Positions 39,201-51,223 of a stretch of DNA of 64,000 bases are shown here, in pieces; positions within the stretch are counted from its first letter, which is position 1; each line of letters begins with the position of its first letter. This DNA comes from an uncultured Thermoleophilia bacterium (GTDB taxonomy: Bacteria > Actinomycetota > Thermoleophilia > UBA2241), in the NCBI GenBank assembly GCA_963709845.1, contig CAVPXV010000005.1:439032-503031 (forward strand), in the 5' to 3' direction. The notes beneath the pieces were generated by a model. The model had not been told where the DNA came from. It made no database searches and worked only from the letters and a program-made list of their open reading frames with translations. The translations under genes were made by a program, and so were the position numbers.

Positions 39201-39844
39201 GTCCGTCCCTCCTCGCGGTCAAGCGCCGGCCACGACCATGCATTCAACCCGATCCGGGATTCACCTCTAGCGAGACGCCCCTTGCGCCGGAACGTGGAGG
39301 GTCAGCGGCTTGACGAGAAAGGCGACGGCCACGCGGTGGCGGCCATGCCGGCCCCGAGCAGGGGCCTGCGCGTGCCGCCGGTCGGGATCGTCCCACGGAA
39401 GAGGCCCGGCGCGCCGGTAAGGCTTCGCGGCTTCGCAACGGGCCTGTACGGACCCTATACCACGCGATCCCGAATGCAGCCACATCGTCGTCGTTGCCGA
39501 CAACGCTTTGGGTCGTCGGTGAGACGCGGGGGTGACGAAACGCAGAGGCGACCCGTCTGCCCCGGGACGGGTCGCCTCGATAGATACATCGACCCTGGCG
39601 CCAGGCTGCTGCATAGGACGTTTGGCCATGCCGAGCGGCTCGGGGGCGCGGGGCGGGCACGCGCGACCCGCCCCGCGATGGGGGTGTACGTCGGGGGGCG
39701 CGGGGGCGGGCAGGTCCTTGGCCCCCCGACGCAAGCGCTGCTTCGCCGCTGCCGGCCTCCCTCCTGCACAGCGAAGTAGTATGCAGCGTGAGGGCGCCGC
39801 CCGAGCGCCAGACTGTCCCCGGTCGTTCCCGAAGGAGGCGAGCG

Positions 39845-40143
39845 ATGATGACTACCGACCCCGCAGCTGCGGATCTGGTGGGTCTGCAGTTCTCCGTCTA
39901 CCCCCTACGCCAGGCGCACGTGCGCCCGGCCATCCAGGCCGCCGTCGGCGCCGCGGCAGCGGCCGGCGTGAACGTCAACGTGGGCCGCCTCAGCACCTTC
40001 GGCCCGGGCGACGAGGACTCCGTCTTCGCCGCGGTGCGGGCGGCGTTCGACGCGGCCCGTTCGTTCGGACCCGCGGTGATGGTGGTGACCCTGTCCAGCG
40101 GCCTCCCGAGCGAGCGAGACCGTCGGGGAGATCGAGCGAGCCG
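39845..40143 (+). CDS. MTH1187/YkoF-family small ligand-binding protein; 3' end uncertain (possible frameshift)
   Basis: MMTTDPAAADLVGLQFSVYPL...GRLSTFGPGDEDSVFAAVRAAFDAA...AVMVVTLSSG fits the family. The annotated ORF continues as Arg/Ala-rich junk to 40426. Confidence 0.45.
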
Positions 40144-40781
40144 CGCACGACTGAGCCGGCGGGACCGACCTCATCGTGCAGGCCGCGCGTCTCACCCCGT
40201 CAGCTTGGCCTTGAAGGCCGCGAGCTCCACGTCGGTCATGGCGACGGCGGCGGCGGGGGCGACGAGAAGCTCGCCCTGCTCCGCCGGGGCCATCGCGGCG
40301 CCTCAAGCAGGCCCCGCCGGCAGCCCTGCCAGTCTTGCGGCCACGCGCGTGAGCAGGGCCAGCCCGGCTGCCCGCCGGGCGCCGCTGTCGTTTGGCCCGG
40401 CCGCGAACGGGTCGCTGTGCCAGTAGCGCTCGGCGCGGCCCTGCGCCCAGCCCACGCCGATGAACTCGAGGCGCAGCGTGGAGCGCGGCTCGAGGGGGCG
40501 CTCCCGGGCTGCGCTCGAGGCGTCGCGCTCGGCTGGGTCGTCAGCGTGAACGGCTGTGCGCCGAACGCCAGCCAGCGCTCGCCGGACGCGGCGAAACAGC
40601 GCGCGTGGCCGGCGTCGCGCCTCTCCTCGGGATCGTTCAGCCAGCGCCACTCCATCGCGACACCCCGCATCTCGGGCTTGTGGCCAGCGTGCCGTCTGGG
40701 GAAGCCGCGTCGGTCTGACCCTGTAGAGTCTACCCGTCCTCGCGTGGCGCCGCCGGGCCGGGCGTTGCGGAGCCGCACGCT

Positions 40782-41066
40782 TCACTCCGGCAGCGGCTCC
40801 GCATCGTCCTCGGAGGTCTCGGCGTGGCGCAGGGCCTCGATCTCGCGGAGCCGGTCCTCGAGGCCCTCCAGCAGCGCGATCGCGACCGTGACCTGCTCCG
40901 CGGCGCGGTCCTCGCGCCCTTCCTGCAGGCGCGCGTAGGCCGCGTCGAGCGTCGCGTCCAGCGCCACGCGCACGTGCCCGACCGCCCCGCCGCCGGGGAC
41001 GAGAGCGGGGCGCAGATCCCCCATGCGATCGGCCAGGAGAGCCTTGATCCTCTCGACGTCGTCCAT
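40782..41066 (-). CDS. Hypothetical small acidic protein
   Basis: 94 aa, helical and acidic (MDDVERIKALLADRMGDL...), with non-artefactual composition. Confidence 0.35.
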   Translation of the reverse strand: MDDVERIKALLADRMGDLRPALVPGGGAVGHVRVALDATLDAAYARLQEGREDRAAEQVTVAIALLEGLEDRLREIEALRHAETSEDDAEPLPE

Positions 41067-41592
41067 CGACCCTCTTCCCTTGCGCGTGTGTCCCGAGCGG
41101 AGTCCAGCTTACGGGAAAGACCGCGCCGCGCATCGCACGCTGACGAGCGCCGCTTGCGGCAGTACGCGGCGGCCAGTACGACACCGGCGCGACTCTTGAC
41201 GGCTGCTCGGCGCCGACGTAGGGTTGATAGTGCCGCTCCAGGCAGCCTGCCGCCGCGGCCCAGCGCGTGCGTGACCGGGGATCACGCGCGCCTCGTGAAA
41301 GGGTGCTCGTGGGCACACAGCCCGGCAGTCGCTCTCGCTCTGACCGACTCGCGATCGGGTCGCACCGTCCCACGACGCGCCGACGCCTCTTCCCCATCGC
41401 CCACCACGGGCGCGCCGCGGCGCGCCCGACGCTGTCCGTCATCGCCGAGAGCGCGCCGCGGCGCCCGCGTCCGGACCAGCCGGACGGGAGGTGAGTGCCT
41501 GCCACGCGTGAGTACAGCGCGCCCGGGCGTGACCCAGCCGCTACTCGCGGCTCCGCGCCCACGCGCGAGGGGAACAAAGGGGGAATCGCACG

Positions 41593-43014
41593 ATGAGAAG
41601 GTCACTCGCTCTACTCTGCGTCGTCGCGTGCCTGGCGGTGCTGGCGCTCATGCTCACCGCCGGCTTGGCGTCGGCACAAGACCGCAGCCGCCCGCCCCGC
41701 CGGCGGTCGACTGGACGCAGATGCTCAACTACGACCAGATGTCGCAGATGCTCCAGGACCTGAACACCGCCTACCCGAAGACGACCAAGCTGTTCTCCAT
41801 CGGGCACTCGTGGCAGGAGCGCCAGCTCTGGTGCCTCGAGCTCTCGGCGCCGATCGCGGCCGCCAAGCACAAGACCGGCGTCGCCTTGTTCGGCAACATC
41901 CACGGCGGCGAGCAGCAGGGCGGCATGGGCGCCGCCTACACCGCCTGGTGGCTCGCCACCCGGTACGGCAAGGACGCCACGGCGACCAAGATCCTCGGCA
42001 AGTACAACGTGTACATCGTGCCGCTGATCAACCCCGACGGCTATCAGCGGTCCTTCCTCGTCTCGACGCGCCAGAACATGCGCCCCACCGACGAGAACGG
42101 CGTCGCGGGGCCGTTCAGCGACCCGCGCTTCGACACCAACGGGGACGGCATCATCGCGCAGATCTACCAGCAGAACACGGGGACCCCGCCGGCCGTGGGC
42201 ACGATCGTGACGGGCGCCAACCCCGATCCCACGAACATCACGCCGCTTCAACTCTCCCGCGCAGTCCACGGTGTATGAGAGCCTGAGGCCGTGGCGGCAA
42301 CGGCGTGTGGATGGACCTCGACCGCAACGGCCTCTGGGGCGACGACGACTTCGGCAGCCTCGTCGACATGAACCGCAACTTCGACTACCTGTGGAACTAC
42401 CACGACGTGTCGGTGGTCCCGAACCTGGGCGCCAACGCCTGGACGAGCGCCGGCCCCGACGCGGCCTCCGAGCCCGAGGTCAAGGCCGTCCAGAACTTCC
42501 TCATCAGCCACCCGGTGGCGGCGCTCTCGACGCTGCACACCGGCGAGCAGTCGGTGCTGTGGCCGTGGTGCTACACTCCTGCGCCGACCACCGACGACGC
42601 CTTCATGGGCGCCACGTCCGCGCCATGGCCGCGGCGTGGTCCACGACGACCGGTCGTGGCATGTACACCATGACGTCCTACAACGACTACCCCACCTCCG
42701 CCGAGCTGATCGACTGGGCCTGGGGACGCCTGCACATCCACGCCTACACGCAGGAGGTCTACCAGGGCTACAGCGCCAGCAACCCGGACACCTGGTATCC
42801 GCGCACGACGCCGCCGGACCAGTGGATCTACATGGGCGACTGGCAGGGCCTGCACGAACATCTGGTTCCGCAACACCGGCTCCGCCCAGTTGCAGGGCAA
42901 GGCCTGCCGTTCCAGGACAAGCTGGTGGCCGGCGTCAAGGACAGCTTCGTCGTGATGGCCCTCAGCGAGCCGAACGGGATGGGCGCGATCGTCCCGGACT
43001 GGATCGTCTGGTGA
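41593..43014 (+). pseudogene. Secreted M14-family zinc carboxypeptidase, interrupted by three -1 frame changes
   Basis: Signal peptide in one frame (MRRSLALLCVVACLAVLALMLTAGLASAQ). M14 motifs in three other frames (LFSIGHSWQERQLWCLELS, GNIHGGEQQG, YIVPLINPDGY, DMNRNFDY, later NDYPTSAELIDWAW). Confidence 0.75.
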
Positions 43015-43111
43015 AGTGAGGCGACGCCAAGCGTTCGATTGACACTCTGACAGCCTGACGACGACGACGAGGCCGGGGCCCGGGTACTGGGGCCCCGGCC
43101 TCGTCACGTGA

Positions 43112-43282
43112 CTAGCGGTAGAGGCGCACGAGGACGCTGTAGCCGCACAGCCACACGACGAAGAAGAGGGCGAGGAACAGCGGGATCGCGACGCCGCGGG
43201 TGAACCACAGGGCGACCCCCGCGCTGACGATCAGCCAGATGATGTGCGCGCCGCGGCGCGTCGGCTTGCGTAGTCTCGGCAT
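43112..43282 (-). CDS. Small membrane protein (57 aa), not in ORF track
   Basis: MPRLRKPTRRGAHIIWLIVSAGVALWFTRGVAIPLFLALFFVVWLCGYSVLVRLYR with two predicted TM helices, upstream of the Mth938-like gene. Confidence 0.3.
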   Translation of the reverse strand: MPRLRKPTRRGAHIIWLIVSAGVALWFTRGVAIPLFLALFFVVWLCGYSVLVRLYR

Positions 43283-43358
43283 CCTCGGCGCAGTGTACAG
43301 GAGCGCGGCCGGCCGTGCCCCCGGCGGCGGCCGCGCGTGCGCCCGGCTCCTGCACGGG

Positions 43359-43712
43359 TCAGCAGGTGACGTGGAGGACGGCGTGGACGTCCTTGTCCCG
43401 CGCCTCGGTCACCAGGCGCAGCGCCGCCTCGGTGGGCAGGGCGACCAGCTCGATGCCGCGCCGCTTCGCCTCCTCCCCCACCTCCGGCATGACCGGCAGG
43501 CTGCCGGTCTCCCCGGTGCCCACGATGAGCGTGGCGCCGCCCCACGGGATGTCCTCGGCGAGGGACAGCGGGGTGTGGCCGTAGCGGCCGCGGTAGGGCT
43601 TGGAGGGCTTCTTGACGCGCTTGCGCACCGCGCCGGCGTCGATCACCACGTCGTGCGCGTACCGCCGGCCGTCGATCTCGATCTCGCCGAACTCGATCCA
43701 GCGCGCCTTCAC
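43359..43712 (-). CDS. Mth938-like domain protein (DUF498)
   Basis: 117 aa with MKARWIEFGEIEIDGRRYAHDVVID...TLIVGTGETG pattern. Confidence 0.7.
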   Translation of the reverse strand: MKARWIEFGEIEIDGRRYAHDVVIDAGAVRKRVKKPSKPYRGRYGHTPLSLAEDIPWGGATLIVGTGETGSLPVMPEVGEEAKRRGIELVALPTEAALRLVTEARDKDVHAVLHVTC

Positions 43713-43933
43713 GCTCCACCTCCCGCTGCGTTGCGTCCCCGGAACGAGAAACGGCCCCGGTGGGGGCTACCGCTCCGGGGCCAAGTCCCAGCAAGGGTAA
43801 GACAAGGGACGGCCTGACTCTACAACGAGGCCGCGCGGACGCAAGTGTCTTGCCGTTGACCGCGGCCGGGAGCGGGGCGAAAGACAGTCCGACCGTCCTC
43901 GGGGCGATAGACCGAAGCGCGGGCCGGCCGCCG

Positions 43934-44725
43934 TCAGGGGCAGCCGGCCCGCGTGCTGGCGCTCCGGGCCTGATGCAGGCGCCGGCTCACCAGTGGTCGT
44001 ACTGGTAGCGGTGCAGCTTGCTGAGGAGCTCGTGGGGACGGTCGCCGAGCGGCTTCCCGAGGGACTCCAGCGTCTTCAACAGGCCACGCACGTGGCCGCG
44101 GAACGCAGTCGTGTCGTTCGTGTCCATAGATGCCCTTTCGTTGCTGGCCCCTGATGGTTCCCGCAGGCGGCGCCGCGAAACCCCGACCGCGGCGGCAAGC
44201 TCGGTTCGCACGCACGCGCCAGGACCGGCACCGTACGCGCGACGACCGGCCCCTCGACCGGTCGTGGTGTTGTTCCCGAGTGAGCGCGAGACTACAGGTC
44301 AGAAGCCCACGGCGTCCGACTCCGAGCGTCCGGCCGCCACCGTTCCCGCCGTTGCCGGGGCGGGGACGAGACAGCGACTCGACGAAGTCGTCCGGGACCG
44401 GCAGCTGGCGCAGGAGGATGCCGTAGAGCTTGTCGGCGAGCTCGGGGGCGCAGTTGAGCACCTCCGTCACCTTGCGCAGGCGGAACTCGAGGAAGAAGTC
44501 CGGTTCCACGAGGAGCGCCGCGGCGATCACCGCGAGCACGTTGTCGGCCGGCACCGGCCGGGTCCCCTTGGTGAGGTGGTTGAGGTACCCGGCCGACAGC
44601 TTGGTCTTGTAGGCGAGCTGCCGGTAGCTCAGATGGCGCTCCTCCATCAGCCCCTTGAGGGCCTCCGGAAAGCGCTCCTGCGAGAAGCGGTTCTTGGCGA
44701 TCGGCGTGGTGTACATCGTGTTCAT
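43934..44725 (-). CDS. XRE-family HTH transcriptional regulator; 3' half of the ORF probably non-coding
   Basis: N-terminal Cro/C1 HTH (FPEALKGLMEERHLSYRQLAYKTKLSAGYLNHLTKGTRPV). Beyond about aa 120 the ORF is Arg/Gly-rich and overlaps a better small ORF. Confidence 0.6.
   Translation of the reverse strand: MNTMYTTPIAKNRFSQERFPEALKGLMEERHLSYRQLAYKTKLSAGYLNHLTKGTRPVPADNVLAVIAAALLVEPDFFLEFRLRKVTEVLNCAPELADKLYGILLRQLPVPDDFVESLSRPRPGNGGNGGGRTLGVGRRGLLTCSLALTREQHHDRSRGRSSRVRCRSWRVRANRACRRGRGFAAPPAGTIRGQQRKGIYGHERHDCVPRPRAWPVEDAGVPREAARRPSPRAPQQAAPLPVRPLVSRRLHQARSASTRAGCP
43987..44127 (-). CDS. Small protein (46 aa), possibly DUF397-like partner of the upstream XRE regulator
   Basis: MDTNDTTAFRGHVRGLLKTLESLGKPLGDRPHELLSKLHRYQYDHW with RBS AAAGGG. 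Sits directly downstream of an XRE-family HTH gene. Confidence 0.35.
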   Translation of the reverse strand: MDTNDTTAFRGHVRGLLKTLESLGKPLGDRPHELLSKLHRYQYDHW

Positions 44726-44859
44726 GACACTAAGAGATATCGCCCGCGGCGCCCGGATACTTGAGTGGCAACGCCGCGTGCGTTGTCACAGCGGACAACG
44801 CGAGGAGCTCTCCCCCAGCCTCGAAGGCGGCGTTGCCGCGCCGCGAGGCGGCCCTGGGG

Positions 44860-46565
44860 TCAGCGGTCGAGCAGCTCCCGCAGAGCGGCGGCGAGCTCGG
44901 CCACGGGCACGTCGCGGCGCTCGCCGCCGGCGCGGTCCTTGAGCTCGACGACGCCCTCGGGCGCGCGTTTGCCGACGACCACCTGCGCCGGGCAGCCGAG
45001 CAGGTCGGCGTCCTTGAACTTGATGCCCGGGGCTCAGGTCGCGGTCGTCGTAGAGCACCTCGAAGCCGGCGGCGGCGAGCTCGGCGTAGAGCCGCTCGGC
45101 GAGCGCCGCCTGCGTCTCGTCGGAGGCGCGCACGAGCACGAGGTGCACGTGGAACGGCGCGATCGCCGCCGGCCAGACGATGCCGTTGCCGTCGTGGTGC
45201 TGCTCGATGGCGGCGGCGGCGATGCGCGCCAGGCCGATGCCGTAGCTGCCCATGACGATGTCCTGCTCCTTGCCGTCCTCGTCGAGGTAGGTGGCGCCCA
45301 TGGGGTGCGAGTACTTGGTGCCGAGCTGGAAGATGTTGCCGACCTCGATCACCCGGGCGCCCTCGAGCTGCGTGGGCGCAGCGCGCGCAGGGGTCGCCCG
45401 GGCGCGCCTGGCGCAGGTCGCGGAACTCGGCCTGCGGGATCTGCGCCGGCGAGACGCCGCCGCGGTGGTAGTCGGGCTTGTTGGCGCCGGCGACGTAGGA
45501 GCCCCGGCGCAGCGCCTCGTCGGCGATCACCGGCAGCGAGGTCGGCACGGGGCCGACGAAGCCCGGCTCGATGCCCTGGGCAGCGAGCACCTCGTCGGCC
45601 GTCGCCATGCGCAACTCGGCGCCGAGCGCCTTGCGCAGCTTGAGCTCGCTGAGCTCGTGGTCGCCGCGCAGCAGGACCATGACGGCGCGGCCCTCGCCGC
45701 CCTCCGCGTCCTCGGCGATCACCACGAGCGCCTTCACGAAGCCGCGCGCCGGCACGCCGAGGAAGGCGCTCACCTCGGCGATGGTGCGCGCCCCGGGCGT
45801 GTGCAGCTCGCCCTCGCCGGGCACCTCGGCCGGCGCCTCCGCATCGGCGCCGGCGACGGCCGTCTCCACGTTGGCCGCGTAGCCGCACTCGCGGCAGTAG
45901 ACGATCTCGTCCTCGCCGGCCTCGGCGAAGGCCATGTACTCGTGCGAGACGTCGCCGCCCATCATCCCCGAGTCGCCCTCGACCATCATCACCGCGAGGC
46001 CGCAGCGCGCGTAGATGCGCTCGTAGGCGCCGATGTGCTTGCGGTAGCTCTCCTGGAGGGCCTCGAAGCTCACGTCGAGGCTGTAGGAGTCCTTCATGAT
46101 GAACTCGCGCGTGCGCAGCACGCCGCTCTTGGGCCGCGCCTCGTCGCGCTCCTTGGTCTGGATGTGGTACCAGAGCTGCGGCAGCTGCTTGTAGCTGTGG
46201 ACCTCGCGCGCCGCCAGCCAGGTGATGACCTCTTCGTGGGTCATCGCCAGCGCCATGTCGGCGCCCTTGCGGTCCTTGAGGCGGAAGAGCTCCTCGTCGA
46301 TGGCGTCCCAGCGGCCCGACTGCTGCCAGATCTCGGCCGGGTTGATGACCGGCATGAGCATCTCCTGGCAGCCGATGGCGTCCATCTCCTCGCGGATGAT
46401 GGCGGCGATCTTCTGCATCACGCGCCAGCCGGCCGGCAGGTACACGTAGACGCCGGCGGCGAGCTGGCGCACGAGGCCGGCGCGCACCATCAGCTTGTGG
46501 CTGATGGCCTCGGCGCCGGCCGGATCCTCTTTGACGGTGGGCAGGAGCAGCTGACTGGCGCGCAT
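44860..46565 (-). pseudogene. proS: Proline--tRNA ligase (bacterial type), two frame changes near the 3' end
   Basis: N-terminal 400 aa intact in ORF 44730..46565 (MRASQLLLPTVKEDP..., class II motifs). The anticodon-binding domain continues in ORF 44786..45352 ([18 protein letters not shown]...). The last about 55 aa ([10 protein letters not shown]...LLDR) are in a third frame. Confidence 0.8.
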
Positions 46566-46609
46566 GTGACCTCGCGATGGTGTGGTGTGGCGGGCGAGGC
46601 CCTATGCTA

Positions 46610-48856
<2,247 letters not shown>

Positions 48857-48913
48857 GCCGGCGATTGTATCAGCCGGCGCCGCCCGCCCGATGTCGGGGA
48901 CTGGCGACCGTTG

Positions 48914-50067
48914 TCAGGCTCGCACGAGCCTTCGCGCGTACTTCGTCGCCAGACGCAACGGCCTGTAGGGCCAGTACAGTGCCGTGAAGGCCGGCTTCAG
49001 ATCGAGCGCCACCCAATCCCCGGGGCCGGGCGTAAAGAGCCTTCGCAGCACGGATTCTGCCGCCGCCAGCGCCGAATCCTCGCTGAGCGCCATCCTGGCC
49101 AGGCTGCGCAGCTCGGCGCCGACCCCGGAAGAGCGGCCTTCGTGAAGCTGGAGAAGAGCCGCGCGAGCCAGCGACTCCGCGAGTGGGTCGCCGGAGAGCT
49201 CGGCCTGGACCTCCAGCGGCAGTGGCAGGTCGAGGGCCACACTCACGACGCGCGCGCCGATCAGACCACGGCGCAAGCAGCGCCAGCGGCGGGCGTCATC
49301 GAGGAAGATCCGCCACTGCGTCGGTGTCATCATGCGCATGACTCTCCCCGCGACCACCACTAGTTCAAGCCGGTCCCACTCGTGCCTTGCGCCGTGCACG
49401 CAGAGCATGAGCAGCGTGTCGTCCAGGCTCGGAGCGGCCACCGACCTGTCAAGTAGGTCAATCGAGTCGAGCGTTCGATGAGATGGTCCGCCGGGATAGA
49501 TGTGGCCTTCAGTAGCGTGCCGACGCGCTCGTGCACCTCCAGCAGGCAGTCGAGGGCTGGGCTGTCGAAGGCCAGCTCCCCGCCCTGCGCGAGATGCGAC
49601 GCGTCGTGCTCCGGTGGCCAGCCGCCGCGACGCGTGAACCCTTCCCGCAGCAGCGCTTCCGTCGCGAGCGGCACCTGCTCGTGAGGGACCAGCACGTCGA
49701 GGTCGGCCGGGGCTCTCAAGCCCGGGTCACCGAACGCTTGCACACTCAGCACGGGGCCCTTGTACGGCAGCGCCGTGATGCCGGCGGCAGACAGTAGGTC
49801 GAGCACGCGGCACAGTCGTGAGGACATGAAGAGGCCGCGCTGCACGGAAGATCGGTAGAGGCTCTGCAGGGTGTCCTTGGCGTCGGCCGGGCACAGGGAC
49901 GGATCCAGCGAGAGCACCTGCTTGTAGAGGAGCGCGCTGAGCCGGTGGTCGATGCTCTGCTGGATTACGGTGGGCCAGTCGACGGTGGCCCGAGCCGCCC
50001 GCTCGAGGTCGCTCGTCGAGGCCGCGCCGACCGCGACGCGCGCGCACGCCACCAGGAGCGGCGACAA
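48914..50067 (-). pseudogene. Nucleotidyltransferase-family protein (PF14907-like, RiPP-cluster associated), one frame change near 49400
   Basis: N-terminal part ...ITALPYKGPVLSVQAFGDPGLRAPADLDVLV; C-terminal part LLMLCVHGARHEWDRLEL in the adjacent frame. Confidence 0.65.
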
Positions 50068-50077
50068 GCCGGGCGCG

Positions 50078-51223
50078 TCAGCCAGTGTCCTCTCTCCTAT
50101 CGCCCGAGGATGGGCCGGGCGCCGGCGCCGCCAGTCGCCCGGCCGGGAACAGGCCGTCCTGCTCGGCGAGCTCGCAGAACCAGTAGGCGCCGAGCACGTC
50201 GCCGGAGCGGTAGTAGTTCTGGGCGATGCAGGAGCCGAGGCAGGCGGCGCGCATCAGGCAACGGCCACACACACCGCCGAGGCCGTCGGGCAGACCCTCG
50301 CGGATGCGCACGAGCACCGGGTGCTCGCGCCAAACGTGCGCCAGCTCGCCCTCGCCGGCGCGACCGAATACCAGCTCCGGCACGTGCTCGCCGATGCCGC
50401 ACAGCGCGTAGCTGCCATCGGCCAGCAGGCCCAGGATCCCACGGATGCCGCAGATGCCGCAGCCGTCGCCGCCGAGGTACTCCCCGAGGGGGCGGAAGGC
50501 CGCGGGGACGTCGACGTAGATCGGCAGGGAGAACCGCTGCCGGAGGTCGTCGCGCACCCGCGAGTGAAGCTCCAGGTACTCGCCGATCGACAGCCCCTCC
50601 CCGCTGGCGTAGATGTCCTCGCCGCGCAGCGTCGGCTGGATGAAGTTGATCTTCACGGAGCCGACGCCCAGCTCCTCGGCGAGCTCCAGCACCGCCTCGA
50701 GCTCGCCGACGTTCGTGCGCATCGCGCTCGTGATGAACTGCGTGTCGAGCCCTGCGGCGACCAGGTTGCGCGTGCCCTCGAGCGTGCGCGCATGCGCCCC
50801 GCGCACGCCGCGGATGGCGTCGTGCACGTCCGCGGAAGCGCCGTCGAGGCTCACGGAGACGAAGTCCACGCCGGCCTCCAGGAGGTGCTCCGCCAAGGCG
50901 CTGGTGACCAGGAGGCCGTTGGTCTCCATGTGCCCGCCGAGCCCGTGATGTGCCTGGATGTCCAGCAGCTCGCCGAAGGCCGGGTGCAAGGTCGGCTCTC
51001 CGCCCGTCCACTTGAGCGTCGTCAGGCCGAGCGGCTTGGCCTCCTCGATGGCGGCGTCCAGGGCGGTAGGCGTGAGGAAGCGCGCGGCGCGGCCGCCGCC
51101 CGCCTTCTTGGCAGGTACGATCCAGCAGTGCCTGCAGGCGCAGTTGCAGCCGTCGGTCACGTACACGTAGAGCTGGCGCAGGGGCGGCGTGCTCACGCTC
51201 GCCGGCGACTCCGTCACTTCCAC
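50078..51223 (-). CDS. Radical SAM/SPASM-domain peptide-modifying enzyme
   Basis: Cx3Cx2C cluster DGCNCACRHCW and a Cys-rich C-terminal SPASM region (CGICGI...CGIGE...CGRCLMRAACLGSC). Confidence 0.85.
   Translation of the reverse strand: MEVTESPASVSTPPLRQLYVYVTDGCNCACRHCWIVPAKKAGGGRAARFLTPTALDAAIEEAKPLGLTTLKWTGGEPTLHPAFGELLDIQAHHGLGGHMETNGLLVTSALAEHLLEAGVDFVSVSLDGASADVHDAIRGVRGAHARTLEGTRNLVAAGLDTQFITSAMRTNVGELEAVLELAEELGVGSVKINFIQPTLRGEDIYASGEGLSIGEYLELHSRVRDDLRQRFSLPIYVDVPAAFRPLGEYLGGDGCGICGIRGILGLLADGSYALCGIGEHVPELVFGRAGEGELAHVWREHPVLVRIREGLPDGLGGVCGRCLMRAACLGSCIAQNYYRSGDVLGAYWFCELAEQDGLFPAGRLAAPAPGPSSGDRREDTG

Larger units (their letters stand above)
38646..39780. repeat. 1.1-kb non-coding region packed with short imperfect repeats and GC hairpins
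   Basis: At least 4 copies of the AGRACGTTYCGCYAYGC-type motif, each followed by a GC stem-loop, and 2 copies of a GCCGACAACGCTTT hairpin. The + strand ORF 38646..39779 is a repeat-driven artefact (RTFRHA/RTFRYA/RTFGHA). Confidence 0.55.

Noticed and set aside
38646-39779. 377-aa + strand ORF with repeated RTFRHA/RTFRYA/RTFGHA peptides
   Set aside because: The periodicity comes from a nucleotide repeat family. Composition is Arg/Pro/Gly-rich, there is no RBS, and a convincing Xis-like gene lies antisense within it. Treated as a non-coding repeat region.
28525-39780. Calling the tRNA-Pro-proximal block a defined integrative element
   Set aside because: No integrase, recombinase or transposase is in the window and no duplicated tRNA 3' end was found. 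Only an excisionase-like ORF and direct repeats. Reported as a hypothesis, not a mobile_element feature.
40155-40290. Small - strand ORF MAPAEQGELLVAPAAAVAMTDVELAAFKAKLTG
   Set aside because: Short, no RBS or family; probably chance.
40143-40780. Possible frameshifted about 150-aa gene on the - strand (MEWRWLNDPEERRD... then ...RYWHSDPFAAGPNDSGARRAAGLALLTRVAARLAG)
   Set aside because: Two adjacent frames each hold a protein-like stretch, but I recognise no family and cannot fix a start. Left unannotated.
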